From positions 2,976,001 to 3,040,000 of the forward strand of contig CATNEN010000025.1 in assembly GCA_950097015.1 (NCBI GenBank): a stretch of DNA of 64,000 nucleotides. The letters are read 5' to 3'. This document shows positions 53,222 through 64,000 of this stretch, piece after piece (position 1 is the stretch's first letter; every line of letters starts with the position of its first letter). Source of the stretch: Macrostomum hystrix. Lineage: Eukaryota > Animalia > Platyhelminthes. Both the position numbers and the translations under genes were made by a program. The notes below the pieces were generated by a model. That model worked only from the letters and a program-made list of their open reading frames with translations. It was not told the DNA's origin and searched no databases.

Positions 53222-55835
53222 CTGAGATCTGTCCCTTCATCTCTCTGAGATCTGTCCCTTCATCTCTCTGAGATCTGTCCCTTCATCTCGCTGAGATCTG
53301 TCCCTTCATCTCTCTGAGATCTGTCCCTTCATCTCTCTGAGATCTGTCCCTTCATCTCTCTGAGATCTGTCCCTTCATCTCCCTGAGATCTGTCCCTTCA
53401 TCTCACTGAGATCTGTCCCTTCATCTACCTGAGATCTCCCTGAGATCTGTCCCTTTTATCTCACTGAGATCTGTCCCTTTATCTCACTGAGATCTGTCCC
53501 TTTTATCTCACTGAGATCTGTCCCTTTATCTCACTGAGATCTGTCCCTTCATCTCCCTAAGATCTGTCCCTTCATCTCACTGAGATCGGTCCCTTCATCT
53601 ACATGAGATCTCCCTGAGATCTGTCCCTTCATCTACCTGAGATCTGTCCCTTCATCTCCCTGATATCTGTCCCTTCATCGCCCTGAGATCTGTCTCTTCA
53701 TCTCGCTGAGATCTGTCCCTTCATCTCCCTGATATCTGTCCCTTCATCGCCCTGAGATCTGTCTCTTCATCTCGCTGAGATCTGTCCCTTCATCTCTCTG
53801 AGATCTGTCCCTTCATCTCGCTGAGATCTGTCCCTTCATCTCTCTGAGATCTGTCCCTTCATCTCTCTGAGATCTGTCCCTTCATCTCGCTGAGATCTGT
53901 CCCTTCATCTCCCTGAGATCTGTCCCTTCATCGCCCTGAGATCTGTCCCTTCATCTCCCTGATATCTGTCCCTTCATCGCCCTGAGATCTGTCTCTTCAT
54001 CTCGCTGAGATCTGTCCCTTCATCTCACTGAGATCTGTCCCTTCATCTCTCTGAGATCTGTCCCTTCATCTCGCTGAGATCTGTCCCTTCATCGCCCTGA
54101 GATCTGTCCCTTCATCTCGCTGAGATCTGTCCCTTCATCTCTCTGAGATCTGTCCCTTCATCGCCCTGAGATCTGTCCCTTCATCTCGCTGAGATCTGTC
54201 CCTTCATCTCGCTGAGATCTGTCCCTTCATCGCCCTGAGATCTGTCCCTTCATCTCGCTGAGATCTGTCCCTTCATCTCGCTGAGATCTGTCCCTTCATC
54301 GCCCTGAGATCTGTCCCTTCATCGCCCTGAGATCTGTCTCTTCATCTCGCTGAGATCTGTCCCTTCATCTCACTGAGATCTGTCCCTTCATCTCTCTGAG
54401 ATCTGTCCCTTCATCTCGCTGAGATCTGTCCCTTCATCGCCCTGAGATCTGTCCCTTCATCTCGCTGAGATCTGTCCCTTCATCTCTCTGAGATCTGTCC
54501 CTTCATCGCCCTGAGATCTGTCCCTTCATCTCGCTGAGATCTGTCCCTTCATCTCGCTGAGATCTGTCCCTTCATCGCCCTGAGATCTGTCCCTTCATCT
54601 CGCTGAGATCTGTCCCTTCATCTCGCTGAGATCTGTCCCTTCATCTCTCTGAGATCTGTCCCTTCATCTCTCTGAGATCTGTCCCTTCATCTCTCTGAGA
54701 TCTGTCCCTTCATCTCGCTGAGATCTGTCCCTTCATCTCTCTGAGATCTGTCCCTTCATCTCGCTGAGATCTGTCCCTTCATCTCTCTGAGATCTGTCCC
54801 TTCATCTCTCTGAGATCTGTCCCTTCATCTCGCTGAGATCTGTCCCTTCATCTCCCTGAGATCTGTCCCTTCATCTCCCTGAGATCTGTCCCTTCATCTC
54901 CCTGAGATCTGTCCCTTCATCTCGCTGAGATCTGTCCCTTCATCTCCCTGAGATCTGTCCCTTCATCTCCCTGAGATCTGTCCCTTCATCTCCCTGATAT
55001 CTGTCCCTTCATCGCCCTGAGATCTGTCTCTTCATCTCGCTGAGATCTGTCCCTTCATCTCACTGAGATCTGTCCCTTCATCTCTCTGAGATCTGTCCCT
55101 TCATCTCGCTGAGATCTGTCCCTTCATCTCTCTGAGATCTGTCCCTTCATCTCTCTGAGATCTGTCCCTTCATCTCTCTGAGATCTGTCCCTTCATCGCC
55201 CTGAGATCTGTCCCTTCATCTCGCTGAGATCTGTCCCTTCATCTCGCTGAGATCTGTCCCTTCATCTCTCTGAGATCTGTCCCTTCATCTCTCTGAGATC
55301 TGTCCCTTCATCGCCCTGAGATCTGTCCCTTCATCTCTCTGAGATCTGTCCCTTCATCTCTCTGAGATCTGTCCCTTCATCTCTCTGAGATCTGTCCCTT
55401 CATCTCGCTGAGATCTGTCCCTTCATCTCACTGAGATCTGTCCCTTCATCTCTCTGAGATCTGTCCCTTCATCTCGCTGAGATCTGTCCCTTCATCTCCC
55501 TGAGATCTGTCCCTTCATCTCGCTGAGATCTGTCCCTTCATCTCTCTGAGATCTGTCCCTTCATCGCCCTGAGATCTGTCCCTTCATCTCGCTGAGATCT
55601 GTCCCTTCATCTCGCTGAGATCTGTCCCTTCATCGCCCTGAGATCTGTCCCTTCATCTCGCTGAGATCTGTCCCTTCATCTCCCTGAGATCTGTCCCTTC
55701 ATCTCTCTGAGATCTGTCCCTTCATCTCGCTGAGATCTGTCCCTTCATCTCCCTGAGATCTGTCCCTTCATCTCCCTGAGATCTGTCCCTTTATCTCACT
55801 GAAATCTGTCCATTCATCGCCCTGAGATCTGTCCT
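53222..55835. repeat. 2.6-kb satellite, 23-bp unit GAGATCTGTCCCTTCATCTC(G/T/C/A)CT
   Basis: About 110 units; each has the self-complementary GAGAT...ATCTC. Confidence 0.97.
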
Positions 55836-56267
55836 CAAATGTCGTTCGTCTTGTCTACTGTATTTGCTGCAACGAGCGCCATAACCTTGCATTCAATATG
55901 ATTCTGGTTCTGTTTGAAGCATGTATTGTCGCTTGCCTGACAAAGAATTATTAATTGGAATTACCTGAAACGAGCTAGCTATTGCAGCACTGGATGCGAG
56001 CATGAGCTTCTTTGGGGTGAGGACTAGCTACGGAGACAGAAGGGAAGAGAAAAATCCTACTCAGTGCTCAGGTAAATCGAGCAGGACCAGCTAGGAAACA
56101 GATTTCCTTTCCTCAGCCGTTGCTTCTCTGTCAGCGAATTTCCTGGCTGCTCGCTCCCTCTTCTTGTGTCATCCCCTTTCTTCCCATCCCAGCCTCCGAG
56201 ATGCCCTGCGGAACAAAATACTCAACAGAAACAACATATTATGTCTCGTCTTACTTCAGGCAAGACA

Positions 56268-56850
56268 GAGGGGAAGAAGACAGAGGGGAAGGAGACAGAG
56301 GGTAAGGAGACAGAGGGGAAGGAGACAGAGGGGAAGAAGACAGAGGGGAAGGAGTCAGAGGGGAAGGAGACAGAGGGGATGGAGACAGAGGGGAAGGAGA
56401 CAGAGGGTAAGGAGACAGAGGGGAAGGAGACAGAGGGGAAGAAGACAGAGGGGAAGGAGACAGGGGGGAAGGAGACAGAGGGGAAGGAGACAGAGGGGAA
56501 GGAGACAGAGGGGAAGGAGACAGAGGGGAAGAAGACAGAGGGGAAGGAGACAGAGGGGAAGGAGACAGAGGGGATGGAGACAGAGGGGAAGAAGACAGAG
56601 GGGAAGGAGACAGAGGGGAAGGAGACAGAGGGGAAGGAGACAGAGGGGAAGATGACAGAGGGGAAGAAGACAGAGGGGAAGGAGACAGAGGGGAAGGAGA
56701 CAGAGAAGAAGGAGACAGAGGGGAAGGAGACAGAGGGGAAGAAGACAGAGGGGAAGGAGACAGAGGGGAAGGAGACAGAGAAGAAGGAGACAGAGGGGAA
56801 TGAGACAGAGGGGAAGGAGACAGAGGGGAAGGAGACAGAGGGGAAGGAGA
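56268..56850. repeat. 15-bp purine-rich minisatellite (GAGACAGAGGGGAAG)
   Basis: Source of the KETEG, GRRQR and SPSPL ORFs. Confidence 0.95.
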
Positions 56851-57449
56851 CACTCTCTCCTCGAGAAGGAAGGAGGCAGGAAAGAATAGGTTAGAAGAGG
56901 ATTCATAGAGCAAGTGAGGAATTGCTGATTGTGGGGAATATGCTGGGTGTGGAAAACCAGCGACTGTGAAGCAGATCCTCAAATAAAATAAAAGTGCTCC
57001 GTTTGACAAAGAGAAATAGAGAAATTAACGACTGGAAATAGCTCCTTTCCAGCATATCAGAAAGTCAAGTAGATAATATAATATATTTTAGTTCGGTTTT
57101 ATTGTACTCGGTCTCACTAACCCGAGCTACCCATGGACCCGTCTCGCCCTTCGCTCACTTCAAAAACTTCCAACTTATTCAGTAATCTACTCAGTTGCAG
57201 CTGTTTAAATAACTACCCATTGCTTTCTTCCACCTACGCGTGCTGAGCAGCAATAAATGGGATTTCAGGGATTGGGAACATTGTGGCGGGGGGGAGCAGA
57301 GGGAATACGAATGGGGAAGAGATATCCTGGGCTTGGGAGTAAAGAAAGGAACAGGAATTGTGAGGAAAAATGTTAGAAATGCGCCAACTGTAGCTAGACG
57401 AGTTCCCAGCGCCGGTGCAAGCTATAGTCTATGGCACTGGTCTGGGATT

Positions 57450-57525
57450 GGGGGGGAATGTGGTCTAGTGGCGGAGGTTGGGGAGGGCGTACTGGGTGAG
57501 GCTCGCGGTTGGTTCAAGCCATGCA
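57450..57525 (+). other. Isolated Pol III type-2 promoter-like (tRNA/SINE head remnant)
   Basis: TGGTCTAGTGG (57461-57471) and GGTTCAAGCC (57511-57520) at tRNA-like spacing. No cloverleaf found. Confidence 0.35.
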
Positions 57526-58470
57526 GTTAATCTATATAGTCTGGACTAAAATGGCTACAATTGCTAGCATAGTATTTTTGTAAAAGAAAGTTGAATAACA
57601 TTTGAAGCCTTACTTTCCTCCAGGAGTCCAGGGTTTCATTCAAAAAGAAAAACATTGTTGTTACAAAATCGCCCAGGCACTATCGGACTAATTCTTGTAA
57701 GTTTCCCTATTGAGCATGTTTCTGAGGATCTAGAGTGAGATTGTCCTAGCCTAGAGATAATCCCACCACAGCCGGTCTTATTGCATACTCATCAACCCAG
57801 AGCTCAGTTGCGTAACTCCATTAGAAACGCTTAGCTGGAACTTGTTCTGCGGATTCCGAATATCCCAAGTGCAGCATGATTATCCCATTTCAAATCCTCA
57901 ACTTTTCTGCCCAAATTATTGATCTCCCCCTACAGATACAGACGAGGTTATTGATTACTTATGCATTTTTCGATCTGCGTGATAGGTTTCTAAGAAATAA
58001 ACTCGTTTCGGCATAGGCAATTGCCATTCCGATTTGGTCTACAAGAAATCTCTGTTTTTGCAAGCCCAACATCACTTTGTTTTAAATTGTTTGAAGTATC
58101 ATTTCTTTAGAGGAAAAAACTAATGAGATTGCTAAATACATGACATTTTCGAACTCTAAAAAGCTTGAAGAACAGATCAAAACACAAAACTCGTAGTTTA
58201 TCGCTTTCATAGAAATCAGCAAACGTTTTTTAATGCATGTTACTTCTTTAAAAACGTAAAATTTTTCCAGGAAAGAAAAAGTCAGCTTAAAATTATTGCA
58301 TATTTCTTTAAAATGCATTTACGCATTTCACATCGACCAATGAATTTCCAAGAAATCCCTATGAATTTCCAATAAATCCGACTGTATTTCCTAGAAAATC
58401 ATTTATTTCCTAGAATCTCTATTACCTTCAGAGAAGACAGCTTGACTGATTTCTTAGAAACTGATTGCAG

Positions 58471-61400
58471 CAAATGGTAAAACAACTGCGCAACAACCCG
58501 CAGGCTCCCCGCGTGATGCCAAGCTTCGCCTGGCCAGACAGCTGCAAGCCGAGGAGCATCGCCGTCGAGTGCGCGACCTGATGGAATCGCAGCGCATCGC
58601 CGACGAGGTTCGCCGGCGTCAGGAGGCTGAGCGGCGTCGTCGGGTTGAGGAGGCGCGCCAGCGCGACGCCGAGCGTCGTCGAGTGGTCGAAGAGCGCAGA
58701 CGTCGCCTCGAGGAGGCAGACCGCGAGCGACGGGAGGCCCTGCTGCGTCGCCTCACCGACAATGTCCCGACTGAGGACCAGCACCAGCACCAGCTGGAGA
58801 GACGCGGTCGCACTGGGATTCCATTCGCATTCGGCAGCTGCACTCCGCGAGAAATCTGCGAGACGGCGACAGCAGCAGCAGCAGCAGCACCAACCACAGC
58901 GCGGTCACAATCGGCTGGCGGAGGCGGTCATGACTGCCGTGAGCGAGAGAGCGCCCACATGCGTTCACATCGGCGAGCTGTGAGCTGCATTGTTCGAGAA
59001 GGTGAGGTTCTGTGAATATTCGGGTTCTGTGAAGATTCGGATTCTGTGAAGATTCGGATTCTGTGAAGATTCGGATTCTGTGAATATTCGGATTGTGTGC
59101 AGATTCGGATTCTGTGAATATTCGGATTGTGTGCAGATTCGGATTCTGTGAAGATTCGGATTCTGTGAATATTCGGATTCTGTGAATATTCGGATTCTGT
59201 GAATATTCGGATTCTGTGAATATTCGGATTCTGTGAAGATTCGGGTTCTGTGAATATTCGGATTCTGTGAATATTCGGGTTCTGTGAATATTCCGATTCT
59301 GTGATTATTCGGGTTCTGTGAATATTCGGGTTCTGTGAATATTCGGGTTCTGTGAATATTCGGATTCTGTGAAGATTCGGATTGTGTGCAGATTCGGGTT
59401 TCTATGGGTTTGGGGTTGGTGCAAATTGATCCGAAGCAGGTGGGGTGGCTTTCACTGTGTCTTCTTCACTGTTTAGTGGCATAGACCTCATTAAGTCATA
59501 CCGGTTAATGATCAAGTGCTGACGTGGGTGTCCACAAAGGACACCCTTTATAAAATCCTCAAAAGCACTGTTGTAAAAAAAAGTTACAATTTTTTTTAAT
59601 CTAAAAAGTAGCTCGTATCTTCCAGACTAAAGGGATATTTTCCCAACATTATCTCAATTCTGATGGCACGAGCAAAGGGTGAAAAAATTCCATTAGAAAA
59701 CGAAATTTGATTCCGGAACGAAAAATGTTGAACACGGCGACTAAGAAAGGTGTTGGTGGGTAATCTCCCATTCCTATCTGGCTTCCCCATTTCTCTCTCC
59801 TTTTAGTCTAGAGTCACGCGCGGGGCAAATCTGAGCACCTGGAAACTCTGCTGACTCATTCCGGTTTGACCTCGGAGGAAAATTGGCAGTTTTTTGTTGT
59901 TGTCGAAGTTGAAAATTTTCATTCAGCTAAGCTGCTCAACTACTAGCCATTAACTTCTTGACTGATTACAAATGTTGGGCTGGTCTGTCTATCAAATTTC
60001 TTTTGCATTCATTGTGGGGCAGTTAAAATCTGTTCACTCAGAATATCATACTAGTCCGTAAACCTAACACCTTTATTGTATGACGGAGGTGAGTGGAGCA
60101 GCTCATTATGTGCTTGCCTCTAACACCAAGGTTCCTGAGCTCGAATCTGCGGCGAGGCCAAATATATTTTTTTGGGGCGCTGCTGCGGGGAGAAGTTTTG
60201 GGCGGGCTTATTTACGAATTACGACCAAGTATGTCAAACCGCAAGGCTAAATGGATCTCCTACAAAACTTTGTCGATTTCCTAGAAATCTATGTCGATTT
60301 CCTAGAAATCTGTGTCGATTTCCTAGAAATCCGTGTTGATTTCCTAGAAATCCATGTTGATTTCCTAGAAATCTGTGCCGATTTCCTAGAAATCTGTGTT
60401 GATTTCCTACAAAGCTTTGTCGATTTCCAAGAAATCTGTGTCGATTTCCTAGAAATCTGGGTCGATTTCCAAGAAATCTGTGCCGATTTCCAAGAAATCT
60501 GTGTCGATTTCCTAGAAATATGTGTCGATTTCCTAGAAATCTGTGTCGATTTCCTAGAAATCTGTGCCGATTTCCTAGAAATCTGTGCCGATTTCCTACA
60601 AAGCTTTGTCGATTTTCTAGAAATCTGTGTCGATTTTCTAGAAATCTGTGTCGATTTCCTAGAAATCTGTGCCGATTTCCTAGAAATCTGTGTCGATTTC
60701 TTAGAAATATGTGTCGATTTTAAAGAAATCAGAATGTACTTCATAAAAATTGGAATCGAATTCTCTGAAATTGAATAGATTTCCTAAATTTTATGGGATT
60801 GAATTCGTTGGAAATAGAAGAATCCATTTTCTGTGTTTTTTACATTTTTAGCAGCTGACACATTTTGTACATGTGCAGAGTTTTACAAACCAGTTTCAAT
60901 CGTTACTGTTATAAAACCTAAAAGATTGTGAAAAGTAAGGCAGATTGTGAATCGCTGTTTGTTATCGTTTATCTGTCAAGTAAAGACTGTGTTATGTTGG
61001 CCGAATGAAAACTAAAGTGTGTCTGCTAAACGCTTCATGCTTCTAATAGGTTATAGAAAGAAAACAAGCGAGTGTTGACCCATTAAATCTGCATTGCCCA
61101 AGTGTCGCATTTGATTCCCGCCAACTTGCCATTTCTGTGTGCATTACGTAACAAAATAAAAGCACCATTGACACCTCTTCTCAAGCGGTTCGACTTAAGA
61201 GCTGGCCTCCTCATGTCAAGGTCGATTCTATAGGTGGACAGCAATTCAAGTCAGTGGACCAGATAATAGGGCGCGATTTCGCATTACAGTTCTGTGTCGT
61301 GTCAGATAGTAACTGGAGTAATAATGCGAATTTAACTACTATTCCTACATGGTTATAAAATATAATAATGATTGCTTACACCTGAAGGTGCATCTGAAGG

Positions 61401-64000
61401 TGCATCTGAAGGTGCATCTGAAGGCATCTGAAGGCATCTGAAGGCTACGTACGGCTTTTCAGTCCATGGACTGGGGGGGACGCCACACCCACCCTCAATT
61501 ACCAATTTTACAGTTGGGTGAGCTGAAGCAGAGTTAAGTGCCTTGCTAAAGGACACAAACTGTTCAAGTGGAGTCGGGAATCGAACCCCCGACCTTCAAG
61601 TCGTGATACCGAATAGGGTGAGGCGATAACTATCCAACGTGTCTATGGTTCTCAACAGACAGTGAGTCAGAGAAGCAACCCCATTCTATTCCTCGCCCCA
61701 TGATTACACTATGGGTTATAGTTGATATAAAAACTAGCCGGCAATGCAGCGGGTCTGTTTCTGGTTCTTCGAGTCTAGCCATTGTCTCACCGATCTGTAT
61801 CCATGCGGCTAGCAGGAATAAACTGTCCCCGTTAGTGACTAATATTCCTCTCGCCATGCAGAACTAGATTGTTCTCAAACTATTCTCAAGCGCTGTCACG
61901 TGGATCCCATGCGATCTCCGAACGCCTGGCGTCGACAGATCCACTCGGGAGAGCTGACTCACGCAGTCTCAACTACTGGCCCACCGCCACAATGCCAGGG
62001 CAAAAAGCGAAACGGGAATATTTGTGGACGCAGAGAACAGGCTTGAGAATTGGGAGGGAAGAATAGAGCCGAGTGAAAGTTTTCGGAGTAACACACTTAG
62101 CAATTAAACTCAACAGCTTTTTAGACTTAGTCATGGAGGCAGAAATTTCTACAGTGAACATTGCACAATGTCTTCTTCGCGGCTTATTCCTTAATCCTGG
62201 CTCAGCGGGGAGCCAAGTGTTTTTGGACGAACTAATTCACCCAGTTACTAAATCTGACACAGGTCAATCGGAGGAGAACCAGCTGACTCATGACAATGGG
62301 ACAGCTAACAAGTCCCCAGTTTCATCACGTGCCGAGTCTATCAGTATGGCCCACGATTTAATTTTGTTTAAACGGGTCACTTTTTGCGCGAAGAATTTAA
62401 GCATTTGAGTTAAATGCATATATATATTTTTCAAAAATAAAACGAATAATTACTACTTACTTGTTTCATTAGAGTAGATTGGTGCGAAATTGAAAGCGTT
62501 TCCTTATCGGATACACATGTTTATATTTGGCGGCCTAGAAACAGGCCCGTGGAAGAAGCGTTTCTGTACAGCATGCCTCTTAATATCCTAAATGCCTCAA
62601 AGCGGAATCGATGTTTGTTGTTGTTGGCCTGTTTAGAATCTGATGTCTTCCCCAAATAATCTGCCAGTTCCCAAGAGCCGCAACGTCGATAGACGCCATC
62701 CGGCAGCTGCGGGCAGCACCGGCAGCAGCCTGGAGGTCAGCACCGGCACCGGCTCCGTCCGGTTGAGACGCCCCACCGCCGCAGGCGCCGGTGGTGGAGC
62801 TTCGCCGAGTTGTCGGCCGGCGTCGCTGCGCGACAGTCAGCTGTCCGCTGCGTCAACGACATCCACAAAGTCGTCGATGGTGGATGCAACGGGTTAGTCG
62901 TGGTTTTTGTAAAGCTTGAAAATGCAGAATCATTGATTCTCTTGAGGTTACTTCTCAACAACCATGAGAAACATTGAATCTGACCCTCGGCAAGGCTCAG
63001 TTACAAAACATCATATTCGCGTCATTTAAGGCCACAAATAATATTGGTCAGTCTTTTTAAAAAGCTGACCCCTACAGCTGGAAATAAGGCTTGCAGGATA
63101 GTGGTGCAATTTAAGCCCATGATGACCGAACTCCAACCTGCTTGAAGATGAGAAAGTCAGGGCGGATGTACACACCTGCGTGAGCATGTCTGAGCGATGT
63201 ATGTGTGCGTGTGTGCTCAGAGGACAGCGGAATGGGTAGAATTGGAAACCGTCTGACATTGGCCCCTGCACTCAACTTCGACAGCGATTAACAAACGCCG
63301 CGCCAAGGCCCCGGACGCAGTCAGGCTCAGTCAACTCGCCCAGCCTCGAGCGCACGTCGCTGTCGCTGAAGCCCAACAGTCGTCGACGCTGAAGCGTCCA
63401 GCCAAGCAGCCGAAGTCCTCGCCGTCAGCCCCGCCGCAGCAGCAGCAGCAGCAGCGAGCGAGCGCACAAGCTCGGCAGAAATCTCCAGTTGCAACTCTGA
63501 TGACAAAGTCGATGGTGGAGCTGCCCTCGTCTAAGAAGGCCAAGGTGAGTGTGAAACATTTTACGAAAAAAAGCTTAATACATAATCATTCAAATAACAC
63601 AACGTTGACCAGACCATCCATCTTGTGATTCAAAGATTTGATTTAAATGACGTCAATTCAACTTGCAATTCTGCAGGGTGTCACCGGGGCTGTTGACAAA
63701 TCAACAGGCGCCTCCGTGCCGCCCGCGGTCATGTCCTGCTCGACGCTCGGCCTCCCGACGACGCGGCCGCGCTCCGTCCGACCAACTCAGCTGGCGCTAC
63801 CGAAGGCTCAGTCGGTCGCCGAGCTGCCGTCCTTGAGACGCGCGGCTGTCACCATCGCCCCGGTCGCCACCGTGGTCGAGACGGCGTCGGAGGAGGACAC
63901 CACAGCGTCATCGACATCGTTGGCTGAGGCGTGCGAGGCGAAGCGACGCTTCGAGGAGCAGCGCCGTTTGCACCGGGAGCGGCTGGAGGCTGAGCGGCGC
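58471..64000 (+). CDS. MAP7: MAP7/ensconsin-like microtubule-associated protein, 3'-partial (exons 58471-59001, probable 62263-62375, 62637-62892, 63285-63544, 63677-end of window)
   Basis: R/E-rich coiled coil followed by IPFAFGSCTPR, matching my recollection of the ensconsin FAFGSSTPR motif. A P/S/Q-rich linker with LMTKSM follows, then the start of a second coiled coil (EAKRRFEEQRRLHRERLEAERR). Splice phases fit; exon 62263-62375 has a weak donor (CGG|gtcact). Confidence 0.8.
59004..59400. repeat. 17-bp minisatellite (TTCTGTGAATATTCGGA) starting in the MAP7 donor
   Basis: Direct inspection. Confidence 0.95.
60085..60224 (+). mobile_element. SINE family A copy, 5' half only
   Basis: GGAGGTGAGTGGAGCAGC...TTGCCTCT..CACCAAGGTTCCTGAGCTCGAATCTGCGGCGAGGCCA...TTTGGGGCGC matches the heads at 14551 and 50124. 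Confidence 0.75.
60255..60735. repeat. 21-bp minisatellite (GATTTCCTAGAAATCTGTGTC)
   Basis: Direct inspection; related short copies occur at 58330-58420. Confidence 0.93.
61380..61640 (-). mobile_element. CORE-SINE (MIR-like core)
   Basis: Minus strand: GGGGGTTCGATTCCC (box B), then CCACTTGAACAGTTTGTGTCCTTTAGCAAGGCACTTAACTCTGCTTCAGCTCACCCAACTGTAAAATTGG. This parallels the MIR core (CCACTTACTAGCTGTGTGACCTTGGGCAAGTTACTTAACCTCTCTG...CATCTGTAAAATGG). It ends in a short tandem tail (CCTTCAGATGCA)n. Confidence 0.7.
63085..63270 (+). mobile_element. SINE family A copy, degenerate 3' half
   Basis: GGTGCAATTTAAGCCC...GATGAGAAAGTCAGGGCGGATGTACACACCTGCGTGAG...GTGTGCTCAG...AATGGGTAGAATTG. Confidence 0.75.

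Noticed and set aside
7470-55835. 23-25-bp periodic arrays as CRISPR loci
   Set aside because: Units are head-to-tail with no unique spacers, no cas genes are present, and the context is eukaryotic.
56164-57009. KETEG, GRRQR and SPSPL repeat proteins
   Set aside because: A 15-bp array open in most frames, with no splice or start support.
59526-59550. GGGTGTCC-ACAAA-GGACACCC-TTTT as an intrinsic terminator or Helitron end
   Set aside because: Eukaryotic intron context, and no CTRR terminus at the expected distance.

Overview
This is eukaryotic (metazoan) genomic DNA, not prokaryotic. It has GT-AG introns, GC-rich exons with poly-Q/poly-A tracts, and by my rough tally about half of the window is tandem repeat. 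The style resembles free-living flatworm genomes such as Macrostomum, but that assignment is inference only. Four spliced genes can be reconstructed by eye: a two-finger GATA1/2/3-class transcription factor (+), an Rh50-type ammonia channel (-, 7 exons, tail-to-tail with GATA), a MAN1/LEMD3 inner-nuclear-membrane protein (-, 5 exons) and a MAP7/ensconsin-like microtubule-associated protein (+, runs off the right edge). Mobile DNA comprises a tRNA-derived SINE family (5 copies, with a conserved internal hairpin and an (ATT)n tail), a related SINE, a CORE(MIR-like) SINE and a 281-bp MITE with 14-bp TIRs and an 8-bp TSD. The most striking pattern is architectural. Nearly every long intron is filled by its own private minisatellite, often starting inside the splice donor, while repeat-free introns are only about 76-132 nt. 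Two arrays consist of splice-signal-like units. No CRISPR array, rRNA, intact tRNA or transposase ORF was found, and almost all long ORFs in the supplied track are translation artefacts of repeats. I cannot claim a new biological system with confidence; the best leads are listed as findings.
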